Positions 13,280-30,570 of a stretch of DNA of 64,000 nt are shown in pieces; position 1 is the stretch's first letter, and the number at the start of each line of letters is the position of its first letter. The notes under the pieces are model-generated. The model had not been told where the DNA came from. It saw only the letters and a list, made by a program, of their open reading frames with translations, and searched no databases. Origin of the DNA: the human T2T-CHM13v2.0 reference genome, Homo sapiens; NCBI RefSeq assembly GCF_009914755.1, contig NC_060927.1, one strand, 5' to 3'. Both the position numbers and the translations under genes were made by a program.

Positions 13280-14660
13280 AGACTTCTGTCAATATGACAG
13301 ACTAGGATGGTGGGACAAACCCTTACTCCATGTCTAAAAGAAAAATTACGGAGAAAATCTCACTATATTCTTCTCCAGATAGCCAAGCTCAAAATAAAGG
13401 AAAACACTTGGGTACCAGAAATAAAGAAATTAAAGCTGAAATGTCAATCGGTAGCTGAGAACATGATGGCCACAGGGATTTTTGTTCACAATTCATGCTA
13501 AGGGGCCAGTGACTGGGTTCCCAGTGCCCACCCAGGAACATCAGGGTTTGTCTTAGACCATGGACAGTGGAGGAGCTGGAACAGGAAGCCCCTGGGTGGT
13601 AAGCAGGAGCTAAAAAACTTTTCCCATGGGCCTTTCTTTAGGGCCCTGGGAGAGGGTAAAGGCATGAGAAGTCAAAACATAAGCCTGAAACGTGAACTTG
13701 GAAAATTAAGTGAAAACCAGGACCACTGAATATAACTTATTAGGGAAAAAAGGATCATGACAAGGATGGTTCTTTTCAAAATTCCTGTATGAACTTAAAA
13801 ATTCATAAAATTGAAAGATAAAAATAGTTTGTCAAAACATTTGCAAAATAATTTGTTAAATAGAACAAATCTTTGAAAAATATAACTTTCCCAAATAAAC
13901 TGATAAATGCAAGAAAACAAATTGTTCTATCACTATCAGTATTTTTTTAAAGTGAAAGAAAACTACTAACCAGAAAAATACAGATGATTTTATAGGTGAG
14001 CACCAACAAATACATAAGAAATAGTATTTAGGCTGGTCCAAGTGCAATGGTGTTTGCAACTAAGTGATTACAAACAGTTGTGGATCCCTTTGTTTCTTCT
14101 CCACTCCCACTGCTTTATTTGACTAAGTTTAAAAAATAAATAAAAAATAAATAGATATTTAAAACTTTTATGCAAACTATTCCAGAGAATAGAAAAAAAA
14201 TGAGACTACTGCTCAAGAGTAATAACCCTGGTACCAACACCAATCAACGTGACAATATGAAAAAGAAAGATCTGAGCCATTCTTACTTATAAACCTAGAT
14301 GGAAAATTCCAACCAAATTGCAAGCAAACTAATGTAATATTTAAAAACAAGAAGATAAAGTTTTTATTACTTAAGAATTAGAAGTATGCTTTCATATTAG
14401 AAAATCTACTAATTTAATCCACCTCATTAAAAACTCAAAGGAGACTAGGATACATGATTATTTTAATGAATGTTGAATTTTAATGAATGCTTCTGCCTCT
14501 TTTTTTAATACAAGAAAACTTTAACAAACCTTACAAGAGAAAAGAATTTTCTTAACTCAATTAAAGATGCCTGCCAAAATGCTATAGCAAACAGTATTAT
14601 TAATGTTGAAATAAAATTGTCTCTTCCAAAGTCAGGAAGTTGTCAAGAATTCCTGTTAGC
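13280..14660 (+). mobile_element. old L1M (L1ME-like) fragments, interrupted by Y-RNA copy
   Basis: gacttctgtcaatatgacagactagg 5' end; ORF2-like caaactattccagagaatagaaaaa and cagatgattttataggtgag. Confidence 0.65.
14031..14150 (+). pseudogene. Y RNA (hY3/RNY3-like) retropseudogene with A tail
   Basis: ggctggtccaagtgcaatggtgtttgcaactaagtgattacaaacagtt...ccactcccactgctttatttgacta matches recalled hY3; A-rich tail; TSD aaatag(a)tattta at 14019-14030 and 14149-14161. Confidence 0.93.
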
Positions 14661-14679
14661 TTCTATTAAAATTTATCAG

Positions 14680-15032
14680 GGAACTCATAGAGATAGACAG
14701 AGACCAGAATGATGATTACCAGAGGATGGGGAGAGTATTGTGGGGGCATGGCAGGGAAGTAGGGATGGTTAACGGATACAAAAAATAGTTAGAAGGAATA
14801 ATATCTAGTATTTGATAGCACAGCAGGGTGACTATGGTCAACAATAATTTAATTGTACATTTTGAAATAACTAAAAAAGTATAACTGGATTGTTTGTAAC
14901 ACAAAGGATAAACATTGGAGGTGATGGATATCCCATTTACCTTGATGTGATTATTAAATATTGTATGCCTGTATCAAAATATCCCATATACTCCATAAAT
15001 ATGTACCTAATATGTACCCACAAAAATTAGAA
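14680..15032 (+). mobile_element. L1MA (L1MA2/3-like) 3' UTR
   Basis: tagtatttgatagcacagcagggtgactat, ggattgtttgtaacacaaaggataa and tgtacccacaaaaatt. Confidence 0.88.
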
Positions 15033-15039
15033 GTTCAGA

Positions 15040-18200
<3,161 letters not shown>

Positions 18201-18209
18201 TCTGAAATA

Positions 18210-18722
18210 TTATATTACATCCAACAATCTGACCACTTTGCACCACTTCAATTGCTACAATGTTATCATCATCATATCTCCTTTGAGCTGTCACTGTTCA
18301 AAGTGTCAAATAATGTCACTGTTCTGTTGAAAACACTTAGGTAGGTTCCTTCTCTTTGTCAGAAGAAGCCCAATGGCATTCAGTGACCTTCAAATTCATA
18401 CATGACGTGTGCTCCCTACCTTGCTGTTCCTTGAGTGTTGCCTGCCTCAAGGCCTTCCTACGTGCTGCTTCCTTTGCCTGGACGCTCTTCCTTCCTGGCT
18501 CCAGCCCTCACCCATGGGAAACTCGAGAGGTCATCCCTGATCATCCATAAAATAGCAAGTACTTCCTAGCCATCTTCCCTGCCTTTTCTGCACTGAACTT
18601 ATCCTCTGCCAAGGTATGTGTTACTTATTCATCATTTGTCTCTCCTACCAAATCTCTAGCCCTAGAAGACCGCCTGTAAGTAGTAGGCACTTAATAAATA
18701 TTTGCTGAATGAATGAATGAGT
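18210..18722 (+). mobile_element. L2 3' end
   Basis: Ends gtaggcacttaataaatatttgctgaatgaatgaatga, the L2 3' terminus. Confidence 0.85.
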
Positions 18723-18838
18723 GAAATGCTACAAATACTTAATGATATCCATACAATCAATTTTGCTTTTAATCAGATTTTTTTTGTCTTTTAACTTCTC
18801 GTGTAGTGATCTACAGTGATATTTGTTATACTTTTTGA

Positions 18839-19186
<348 letters not shown>

Positions 19187-22100
19187 TATTCAAGGATTAT
19201 TTTCTAAAAATAAAGAAGTGCTCCAAAAAGACAAGATAAAATACGTAAGAGTGTTTTAACATGGTGTAAAAATTTGTAGTGAATGCATATTTATGTATAT
19301 GTTATATACTTAGATATAAATGTCTATGGCTATATATCTATATAGATAAGGGTTAGATATTTTTTCCCTGATTGCCCCAAATATTTATTAAAAGCTACCA
19401 TTAAAGAAAAGCCCCGGACTGCCAATGTGTTAGTAAGAATATCTACAAAGGAACGAACACTAAGCTATATTTTGTAAGTGGTGTTCCATATATGGTCTGC
19501 CTATTTTTATATGAAATCCTCAAAGCCATAATTTGATGGGGTCAGAGTCTGAATATACATCTATAATAATTAAAGAATTGTTTTGTCACAGGCCCTTTAT
19601 GAAGATGACATTGGCATAAGTCAATAACTTATTCAAACTGGGAAATAAACAATATTCAGTTCATGAAAACTTTAATCATAAATAATATAAACAAAATTCC
19701 ACCAAGCACTTCAATATGAGATTACTGGTACTTCCCAACCCACTTCATTATGGTATTTGTAACTTCATTAGCCAAATAGAGAACAACAAAAAAAACCCTC
19801 AATGGCTTCAAGAGGCTACTTGATTTCTTCCTCAAGTTTGTCAGAAATTCATTATCAGCTCAGGCTGAACTAATCACCCCCTTGCTAACAGCTGATATAC
19901 AATGAAAAAAAGAGTGAGACTTTGTGTCTTGTATGTTGTAATTTAAACTCTAAATTACAGATATTTCTTCACTTATTACTTAGTTCTAGATATTTCTGTT
20001 CCTGTTTACCACAGCACCAATCTATTCAAATACTGAACTGCAATTATCATCTAATTTCATAAAGCATGAGCTTCAGCTGACTACTATTTGAGGATAATTC
20101 TTTGATCTTTGTGCTTCAGTAATGATGTGAATTTTATAAACACCTCTCCTTATTCTTAGGAAGAGACCAACTTCCAGAATAAGTGTTAACTGAATGGCTG
20201 CCCTACGCTTTGCTCTGAACACTTCCTGTGTCTTTCTAGTAAGGATCCACCCTGGGTACAGCAGCTATCACTAAAATGCTATTTCTTAAAGCTTTTGATT
20301 TTTTTTCTTTTGTCGTTTTGTTATTTATCTGTTTACTCTTCACAATATCTGAGTTAAAGTAATAGGTAGCACCACATTAAGTATATAATAAATCCCTAAC
20401 TGAATTTTAGTAGGATACATATAATATGTATAAAATTATCAATGAATAGTGTACACATAGTAATGAGCTCACCTTTCTTTAACGTGAATACACCTTAGGC
20501 CTCTGGGGTATGTGATAGCATTGTTAATAGCAATATTACTATTCCCATAACATGGAGGTTGAGAAGCTTATTTGCCAATGAGCAGCAGGATGTGATAGAC
20601 ATGCTGAAGTTGGGGGAGAGGGGCTCTAGGAGGGAGGAGAGAGAGTTTGGCTACAGGATGATGATATGAAGCAGCTCATATAACAGACACAGAAAACTTG
20701 GTGTTATTTTTTCAATCCTCCCTCTGTTCCAGAATGTGTTTCATTAATCTCCCAGCACACCGTCTGAGATCTGCAATTTTTTTTGCCTTCATTTTAACAA
20801 GAATCTGAGGTTGGGCATAAGGCAATGAAAGAAATGACATGACAGAAGTAAGGTTAACAAAGAGTCTCTGATGCTATTTTGGTAACCCCAGATTGTTTTA
20901 ATTGCAATAAGAATTTTCTTTTTCTGCAACTACAAATAGGCTTTATTAAGTACAGCAACGAAGACAATGAATTACTTTTTCTCATTCTCATGAAAATGTG
21001 CTTCTAATTTTACTCAGTGTTCCTTATACATTCTTTTCTTAGTGGTCATTTACAGGGCTTTAATCATGAGTTTAGGATTTTGATTTTCTTTCTAAAATAT
21101 TTAACAGACAGTCAAATGCCATCTCTCTCTCATGTCTAATAGAGGTCTCATCAAATAGCTAAAGGATTCAGTCTCTCTACTCATTTGGTCTCTCTCAACC
21201 AATGGAGTTATGGTGTGGTAACCGAGACAAATTTCTGGATTTTGTCTCCTGATCCCCTTCTAGTAACATCTGTAACTTTTCTTCTTGGTTTGCTTTATCT
21301 TCAAACTATTTCATCTAGCCCTACCCATTTTTGACACTTCTTTTGTTTCTCCTTTCTATACCTTGCTCCATAGTCAGCCTCTAGATTGGTCTGAGTAAGA
21401 GTTATGCAAGACCAGTCTGGATGGCATAGCAGCTTCTTATTAGGACACAATGGAGAAATAGATCTGGGAAGGCATGTCAGGGCATGTCAGACCTAAATAT
21501 AAGGATGGTGAATCACAGTTTTTCTCTGATTCTCTGGACTTTATGGCATGGACAATGAAAAGAAAAATCAGGGAAGGGTTTTAAGACCCAAGAATTGCTT
21601 AAATGATTGATTTGAACATATTATAGACAAAAGCTTAATGCGAGGCCAAACAGGCTATACACTGCATAATTTCATAAGCTGTCACAGTAATATTGCTGTC
21701 TGTACCACGTGCTTGAGGTATACTGTGGTTTCCCTAGTCAGTTATTTGAGAAAAATGTGAACTTAGCTATAAGATATTCAACTTTTCAGTAATCTAGACA
21801 AAATATTACTTGAAGCAATGCTTTTTTCTTAATTTGAGTAAAAATGTATAATAGAAAGTTGAATTACATGACTACTGCAGTTGTCTGTAAACGAGATGAA
21901 AAGGGTTAGCTTTGAATATAGCAGTGGGAATATAAAACCATTATGAATAAAAAACAACACAATTAACATATTTTGTTTGATATATTGTGTTTGAGGCAGA
22001 GGTAGAAAAAGAGAATAGGTCTTCTGACTCCCAGCAAAATACTTTCCCCCATTATTTTATCATGACTTTCCATAAACAAACTTCTCATTTTATTTTAGAT

Positions 22101-22254
22101 TTCTCGAAGACAGATTACTTATGCATAGCATTTGGACAAATTTATCAAAAATAAAAGAAATCATTAAGTGAGGTTCTTTACATTTTCTTCACCTACATTA
22201 ATTTTTAACTGTAAAGTTTCAGATCAATACCAGATGTACTGAAGGAGAGGGAAT

Positions 22255-22480
22255 CTAACAAATATTTAAAATGAGCCTACCTTGACAGGCATTGTGCTAA
22301 AAACTTCACCTTTTATTCATCCATAAATAAATAGAATATATAATTATGTTTTTTCTCCAATTTACAGATGAGAAAACTGGCTGAGAGAAATAAATCAAAT
22401 TCCCAAGTTTCCATTAGTTGAAAGTTACAAGATTGAAATTCAAGTCCAGTTCTAACTATAAAGGCCTTTCTTGTCTACTC
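22255..22480 (-). mobile_element. MIR SINE
   Basis: caggcattgtgctaa, tttacagatgagaaaactg and gaaattcaagtccag. Confidence 0.8.
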
Positions 22481-23149
22481 TCGGCAGATTGTGTCTCAAA
22501 TACAAATATTTTGTCTAAATGTGTTGAGACTGCTGGAAGGAATAACAAGTAAAGGCAATATTCATTTTTCTTCCTGACTATACTATACTATCTTTACTGC
22601 CAACATTGTCTGATAAGTTCTATTTAAACTGAGCACTACTAACTGAAGCACTTAAGGTGACAACATTCTATCTCATTAGGTTTTACATAAAGGGAAAGCT
22701 TATCTGTAATCTCCAAGTAGCACCACCAAAGGGTTCACTAACGTAATTATCACCAGTTGGGTGCCATCTGTTCCAATGCATCACAGTCAAATTACCTCAA
22801 GGCTAACACAAATTGTATTTCCTTTAAAGAAAAACCAACACAGAATACTTGCCTCACTTAAGCTAAGAGTGAGGCCTCCTAAGAAGCAAGTCATCCAGGC
22901 TCTAGGTGTATGCTTCCTTCATGTTGGAGGACTGAAAGAACTACTTTGTAGTGGAGGCATAGGGTATTTGAATAGTGACAGTAATTCCATTCTGATACTA
23001 GCAAATTCATTCATGTTATGATGAGATTGCAGTCACAGGTAGAGAGACCAGTCCTCCCCTAAGACACTGTGAGGAAAATAGTCCGAAACTGCTTTAATAG
23101 GTAGAAAAAGAGAATAATTTACGTCTTTTTGTATAAAGTTTGTTTAAAG

Positions 23150-23290
23150 GCATTCACAATTCAATTTTAAAAGCATCTGTGGAGCAGCTATTGGGTGCTA
23201 GGTTCTATGCTAGGGCCTAAGGATACAAAGAGGAACAGGAAGCCCTCCTCATAAGAATCTCCAGTCAAATCGGGGAAACAAAAAGAAAAT
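23150..23290 (-). mobile_element. L2 fragment
   Basis: gagcagctattgggtgctaggttctatgctagggcctaaggatacaaag. Confidence 0.6.
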
Positions 23291-26200
23291 AGTCTGGACC
23301 TTTTTGAAATGATATGTGGGTCTATAAACTTGGCTGATCAGAGTGACACGATGAAAAAAATAAGAGGTTTTATATCAATAAGTTTTATATGAATAAGTTT
23401 TCCAGGAAAGCAGAAATCTACAAAGTTGTATATATTTTGTAGATTTGCAATAGCGCCATATTTTTCCCCTTCAAGATTTTCTGTTATGATTGTAAAAGAG
23501 AAAAACAAAAGCTGAAACTAATATTTCTGGAGAGAAAATGATATGAAGACTTCAGTTTCTTTGTGAACAGACAAGGAGGAGAAGCCAGACAAAAGTTGTT
23601 ACAGCCTGAAATGACAATCAGAAGACGCTTCAGATCGTGCTGTGTTCCAAAGCCCACTGAAGTCCCCAGAAACCGAAATCACTGAAGTTGCAAGTAGAGT
23701 CTAGAGTACTAATGACCCTGGAAGCAAATATCCAAAATCACGACTGATTCAGATGAAGAAAATATACTGCATGCCACTAGCAGGAGGGTCTCCAAAATAT
23801 AATACTTTGTTGGACAAAGAAGAATACAAGGCAGCACTCCTGTTCTAAGGAGGGGCTCTGGAATTAGGCAAGGAGTGAATGGAAAGGCCCTGTGGCATTT
23901 CCCATAATAAAGGGAAGCCAGCATTTTATTAAAATTTTAAACATTTCCTATCAAATTTGTTCAATCCCTGCTTTTATACTTCCTGCCTCCTTCCTCTTCT
24001 CCTTCCCTTCTTTCCCAGTATAAATGGCTCTAGAAATGAGTGCATTCCACTAAACAAACATCACAAGAGCCCATAGATCACAAAAGCAAATAGCAATAGC
24101 TGACTTTTGATGAGGAATACAAACAGATATTCCTATTTCCTGAAAAATGTTTCTATCATAGCTTGATAAGAACGTAGTAAGCAATAATACTAAAACCTGA
24201 ATAGTGAATTATTCAGTTATATGTATTTTTAATGAAGTTTCTACCTATAGTAAAAGCATCATTGACTGGATAGTGGACAAGCACTCCAAGAGTCTGCTGG
24301 AGACATCTGGCAAAATATGAGGCAGCACCCTTCCCCTGAAGCTCAGCTCAAATTCCAATCATCTGGTCATGAAGGGGTGACTGACCCTGGGTTCTGGCAC
24401 CCTGTCCAAGCTGGTTACATCTTGGCCCCTTCATACAACTTAGCTTCTCTAGCACCATTACTTATAGCAGAGGTTGTCTCCTGCCAGTGTCAGAAACTCA
24501 CACTCTGCATGCTTTACTATATGCATGATCACTTTTACCTTTTACCTTATGCCCCAACATCAAAGCTAACAATTTTCTGATTGAATATAGCTTTTCAAAT
24601 GATCATGTATTCCTGAAGAAATACATATGTAATTCAATGACTCTGGTGCTGATTTTATAGTAGATGCTAAAGAAGAGTTAAAGCAAAATTTATCCTGCCT
24701 TTATAAAACATTCAGATTTCAGTTTTCACATCTGCATGGAAAAGGTCAAGAAGAAAGAGACACTCCTAAACAAGGAAAATGGACTATCTTTAAAAATTGC
24801 AAATTAAACCTTCATGGGACAGAAATTTTCCTTTACTGCCGTTTATGCTAAGAACATTTGAGAAACATAGGCAATGATGATATGACATAAAAGAAAAAAA
24901 TCAGACACTCCAAAGTGGTTTTACAACTACATGAAATGCCATTTAACCCACTGCATAAGCTGATGTTCCTGCAGGCAAATTTTGCATAGGAAATTTCAAC
25001 AAGTGAAAGAGCAATCACAGAGATAACACCACAATAAGATTTTCGCAGTTGGTGTGGATGTGACTCGAATGCACTATTGAATACATTGCACCCAAAGGGA
25101 AAAGAGCAGGAATTCAACAGATGTGAGTATCCATAGGGTTCTCCATCCATCAATTTCCCTTCCAAGGCTATGATTCTGCCCCTTCTTTGCTCTCCCAAGA
25201 CAGAATTATATCTCAAGTTTTCATAAACTGAACCCGTCCCTCTGTTCACTGCTTCCAGGCATTTAAAAATATAAAGCCAATTTTTTAGACTATTTCTATC
25301 TAAAAACATGACGTTGTGCTCTTCCAACATAACCCAGTTATTATACCACACAATTTTGGAGGGAAGAATTCTTTATTATGTTTGTTATTTATAATATCTT
25401 TCAACATAAAATACCTATTTACCATATTCTCTGAGTGCTGATAGAAATGTCTGCTGTTATTAGTTATGATGCTGCTAATATTTTAATTGAATATGCTGCA
25501 TAAATACTTCTGTTCTGATTAGCCTAATCTACTATTGCTAAAACTCATTTTAAGCTTTTGCAGTAAAAACATTTTGTATATTTAAATTGTTTCATTAAAA
25601 AAAAAGTTGTCAGAGATTTCTTCTCTCCCCCACTTTTCTTGCCACTATTGGAAGAGTTCCCACCATAATAGAAAAAATAACAAAGAAGCATTAGTGAAAT
25701 AATGAGTCACACCTGAACTGCCCCTGCATAATTGCAATATGTAATTACAGGTTGCTATATAATTAGAACCATTTTATTTTAATAATTCCTCCATGTGTCT
25801 AAGTACCTAATGTCTTTCAGGGGGGTAGATAAAAAGTGCAGTATTTCTTTATTCCTTTCATAAACTACCATTATTAAGAAATGGGAAGGCACACCTTTAC
25901 AATAATAGCAGTGACAGCTATATAACAATCTTTAGTGCATCATCTGACATTCTGATGAATCTCACTCATTTTCCTTGCAAATACATCAGAAACACTAGCA
26001 TCTGCTTCTGAACTGATGTCGCACAGAGGCAGGTCCTCCTGTTTAAGTCCAAGAGAATAGATGAGCTAATGTTACAAGGCAGAGTGCCTATGTAGAAAAA
26101 CTACTAATTGTCAGCAGGAGAAGCTGCTCTCCTGGGGACTGATAGCATGGCAGTTGGCTGGTAGGCATGCCTATCACCTGGGTCTTCTGGGACTTTGCTT

Positions 26201-27159
26201 CATCAGAAATCAAGTCTAAAGGGGCATGAATTGTTATAATTGCATTCACAGCTATTTAAGGCTTGAGTTGATGTTAATTTCATTTCATTTCCCCTCCAAA
26301 TACCGCTATTACTACTACATGACTGTTATGGATCTTTCTGAATATTTCCCCAATGTTTATTTTACCCATACATAACAGCCTAGTTATAATTTTTAAAATC
26401 TAAATTCTTGAGTAAAGGCAAAGACACATAATTTCTATTTAAAAACAAAACTACCTTGGTTTTTCCCCCCAGTTAGGGGTAGATAATTTAAAAAGGAGAA
26501 ATGTTAAGTGTTTCAGTACATAATTTAACTGGATATCTGTCATTGCCACTTGAAAGTGAAAATCAAAACACGTAACCATTTGTGATATTCAGTTATCATA
26601 TGTTGTGCCTTCCTGTAAATAAACAACTAGTTTAACCTAAGAGGGTAGAAGAATGGATGTAATATATATGATCATGATTTTAAGAACAATCTAAAGGACT
26701 CATAAATATCAACATTGAAACAGATAAGGGTTGGGATAAGTCAAAATTAAACCATGGTAAGAAAACTAGTTGTTTGCAAGTAAACGAACTCAGGAATATT
26801 TTTGCCTCCAAAGTTGCAAACATAATAGTAATTCCTAGAGATGTTAAGTCACAGCTTTCAGATTTCATAGAATTTTACTTTAGATATTGAATGCAATGAA
26901 ATTTGATATCACATTCAGAGCTTTACTATTTTTGTTCTAGTTTGGCCTTTCTTGCATTTGTGAGGAAGTCTCAGTTCTCTAGAATATTCTGGCATCTTTC
27001 AGCAAATTGCTTTAAGTCCTCTTCCCTGTAAAAAATAAGGTACATATAGAAATTCTATGTTTGCTTTATAGAGACACCTAAGTAGATGCAAATCAGCAGG
27101 CACATAGTAGAAGAATCTAAAAAATCTAAGGCAATGATATGGTATTGAAAGTTATCAGC

Positions 27160-27197
27160 AGCCTGAACAACAGAGCAAGACCCTGTCTCAAAAAAAG
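27160..27197 (+). mobile_element. extremely 5'-truncated Alu 3' end
   Basis: agcctgaacaacagagcaagaccctgtctcaaaaaaa. Confidence 0.75.
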
Positions 27198-27235
27198 TTA
27201 GTTGCTAGTATTCTGATTAACCATATCAATTTTCA

Positions 27236-28122
27236 GTAATAAACTTAAACAAATTTACAAGAAAAAAAAAACAACCCCACTAAAATGTGGGCAAATAACA
27301 TGAACAGACACTTTTCTAAAGAAAACATAAATGCAGCCAACAAGCATTGAGAAATGCTCAATATCACCAATCATTTGAGAAATGCAATTCAAAACCACAG
27401 TGAGATACTGTCTCATACAAATCAGAATGGCTATTGCTAAGAAATCAAAAAATAACAACAGGTGCTGACAAGGTTGCAGAGAAAATGGAACATTTATATA
27501 CTGTTGGCAGGAGTGTAAATTAGTTCAACCATTGTGGAAAGCAGTATGGCAATTCCTCAAAGAGCCAAAAATGGAACTACCATTCGACTCAGTAATCCCA
27601 TTATAGGGTATATAGCTAGATAAATATAAATCATTCTACCATAAAGATACATTCACACAAATATGCATTGCAGCACTATTCACAGTAGCAAAGACATGGA
27701 ATCAACCTAAATGCCCATCAATGACAGATTGCATAAAGAGAATGTGGTACATATACTCCATGGAATACTACGCAGTCATAAAAAAGAATAAGATCAGGTC
27801 TTTTTCAGGAACATGGATGGAGTTGGATGTCATTATCTTTAGCAAACTAACGTAGGAACAGAAAATCTAATACTGCATGTTCTCACTTACAGGTGGGAGC
27901 TAAATGATGAGAACTCATGAACACAAAGAAGGGAACAACAGGCACTGCAGCCTACTTGAGGGTAGAGGGTGGGAGGAGGGAGAGGAGCAGAGAAAATAAC
28001 TATTGGGTACTAGGCTTAGTACCTGGGTGACAAAATAATCTGTACAACAAACTCCTGTGATGCGAGTTTACCAGGATAACAAACCTACACATGTACCCCT
28101 GAACCTAAAGTTTTTTTAAAAA
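27236..28122 (+). mobile_element. L1PA15/16-like 3' end (ORF2 C-terminus plus 3'UTR)
   Basis: aacaaatttacaagaaaaaa...catggaatcaacctaaatgcccatca...aataactattgggtactaggcttagtacctgggtga...atgtacccctgaacctaaa. Confidence 0.92.
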
Positions 28123-28192
28123 GATTAAAGCCACATGATGCTGTTCAGAATTCAGAAGTTATAGATGCCTTTGACTATACATAGATAACTAC

Positions 28193-28276
28193 TGTGTGTG
28201 TGGAAGAGAAAGGGAGGTAAAGAAGAGAGAGAGAGAGGTGGGGGGAGAGACAGAAAGAGAGAAAAGACAGAGAGAT
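28193..28276. repeat. (TG)n/GA-rich low-complexity tract
   Basis: Visible. Confidence 0.85.
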
Positions 28277-28329
28277 ATGGGAGGGAGCATTTGTTTCAAA
28301 TATCTTTATAAACTTCTAAAGAAGCTTTG

Positions 28330-28630
28330 GTCACAAGTCAAGAACAAAAGATACTATATACTAATTGGGTGGGGTTTTCACAAAGGGTGACCCAATTTGT
28401 ATGAGGGAGCAGAGCTGAGCATGTGCTAAATGGAAAACTTCGAAATCTTACTAAATAGCTGTGTTCATCCTAGACTCTCGAAATGGATAGATTTGCACAA
28501 AGCTTGGTGATACAAATAATTCGATGAATGAAAGTACTGGGGTCTGGAAGATCTTGACGAGCTCAACGGATGGCTAGGACCACCAAGAGTACATTTAATA
28601 GAACTAAATATAAATTCTGAACCTACAGTT
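28330..28630 (+). mobile_element. CR1/L3 fragment
   Basis: gaagatcttgacgagctcaacggatggctagg...atttaatagaactaaatataaa matches the CR1 RT motif region. Confidence 0.65.
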
Positions 28631-30570
28631 AAACATGGAAGTTTGAACACCTGCATTTATTTCTGCTCTCTCCCAAACTCCACTATAATGACAGTTGAGG
28701 AATTTTAAAAAGACATAAATCTACAAGGTCAAACAGAATGGAAGACAAGATCACAGCAGGTGAGAAATAGGAACAAAGTTTTGGAAGAGGAAATGCAGAT
28801 GCAAGAGTAGTAGCTTTGTGTTGCTGAGATGAACAGGAAATGAAACCTAAAAGAAACAAGCTGATTCATATCAGAGAACTCACCAGAGGCTCAGAGACTG
28901 CAGTCACCAGCACTTCTGAATGTAATGGTACGAGCTGGGGCTGAAAAATCAAAGGATTAATAGGTACCCCTCTCCTATTATTCTCCTTTCAAACAAGAGT
29001 GTATATTTATTCTCTGCGGGTATGGATGAGGATGAAGTTGAAACACTGCACAGAAAATAGCCTATCAAAGAAAAGCTTACACTGTGAATATGTTTCCTTC
29101 CCTTTCTCCACTCCCAGAAGTCTATCACCCAGGTTTGCATCCAGAAGAAAGGATACCAAAAGGGTCTGGTATTTGAGATTTTCCAAGTATGAAATGGCCA
29201 GGTTTCACTTGATCACCCATCTGGAAAACCCACCATCAACTTCCCTGCCTATGTACACAGAGCATCCAATCAGGATTTCAGTGCCTCTTTTTAAAATAGA
29301 GGCCTATAGAGAAAAATCACAAAGCATCTGAAGAAACCTTTAAAATAAACAGAAAGGAAAAAGAAAAAAGAGGAAGAAGACAAGGAAGAAAACAAGAGAA
29401 ATCTTCAAACTATAACTAATGTGCTCATGAAGAGAGAAGAAAATGCTTTTAGTCAAGAAACAGGAAAAATATAAAATAAGCTATAAAAAACAAGCAAGTA
29501 ATGATTTTAAAAGGCTCTAGAAATTTAAAATGATAGCACAAGTGAAAAAAAAATCAAGAGAAAAAGAGAGTAAAAAGAAAATCTCCCAGAAAGTAGCCAA
29601 AAGGGCAAAAATAATCAGTCCAAGAGACTTGACATACAAATAATTGTTCAGAGAAAGAAAAGAGAGAATGTGGAAAAAAGGGAAGATTTATCCAATAAAA
29701 ACTATGAGAAAACATATTCCAGATTTTATACAAAATAATATAATAAAAATATTGCAAAAAATGTAGTGTATATGAATTTCTACTTTCAAGAGAGAGAAAC
29801 AATTTTAAGAGTCACTTTACTATAAAATTTTTGATTATCAGAAATAATATAAAGAGCTTAGGAGCTTCCATCGAAGGGTTAAAAAAAAGTCACAGATAAT
29901 ATATTTAGTATAAATATGGTATTAGATTTCTTAACAGTAAATGTAGAAGTTAAAACAGAGCAATGCCATCACAATTCTGAGGGAAAGTTAGTTCCAATAT
30001 AGAATTCTAGATCAAATTAAGAGTAAAATTGAGGTACTCCCAGACATGCCAGATCTCAAAGAAAATCATTATCCTCTTTCAGAAATCTGCTAAACGATAT
30101 CATCATCAAAATGTGGAATTAAAATGAAAGACACAAGATTCAGGATACAGAAGATCCAAAGAGGAGACAGACAGAGACAGCATGCACTCTAGTTGACAGT
30201 GTCACAGCAGATCTAGAGAGCAAAGATCCACATTGGAGCACAGGAACAGGCAACTCTAGGATAAATATTAGCAGAGAGAAAGAGTAAGTGATTACTTGAT
30301 GTTTAAACCTTCCAAAGTCATTTTTCTATACTAACAGAAAATTAAGAATTGAGTGTCAGGTAGACAGGAAGCTGAACAACCAACCAACCAAAATCAGAGG
30401 CAATTATTAACTTCAGGAAAAAGAAATCAGACATGCACAAGAAGAATTAACATAGCAATCGTAGATACATGGTTCAACTGTAGGTAATATTTATAAAGAC
30501 CTAATGTAAACTAAATATTAATTTTAAAAAATTACTGATAAAAGTTATCCTCAGTAGGATGAGGCTAGAA
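28630..30570 (+). mobile_element. HAL1-like (half-L1, ORF1-only) element, decayed
   Basis: 5' tttatttctgctctctcccaaactccacta; ORF1-like attagatttcttaacagta...agagcaatgccatcacaattctgagggaaa...agaattcta...cagacatgc...gattcaggatacagaagatcca; no ORF2 sequence follows. Confidence 0.65.

Noticed and set aside
24848-25351. 167-aa minus-strand ORF in unique DNA
   Set aside because: Non-ATG start, no recognisable domain or codon signature, and a length compatible with chance
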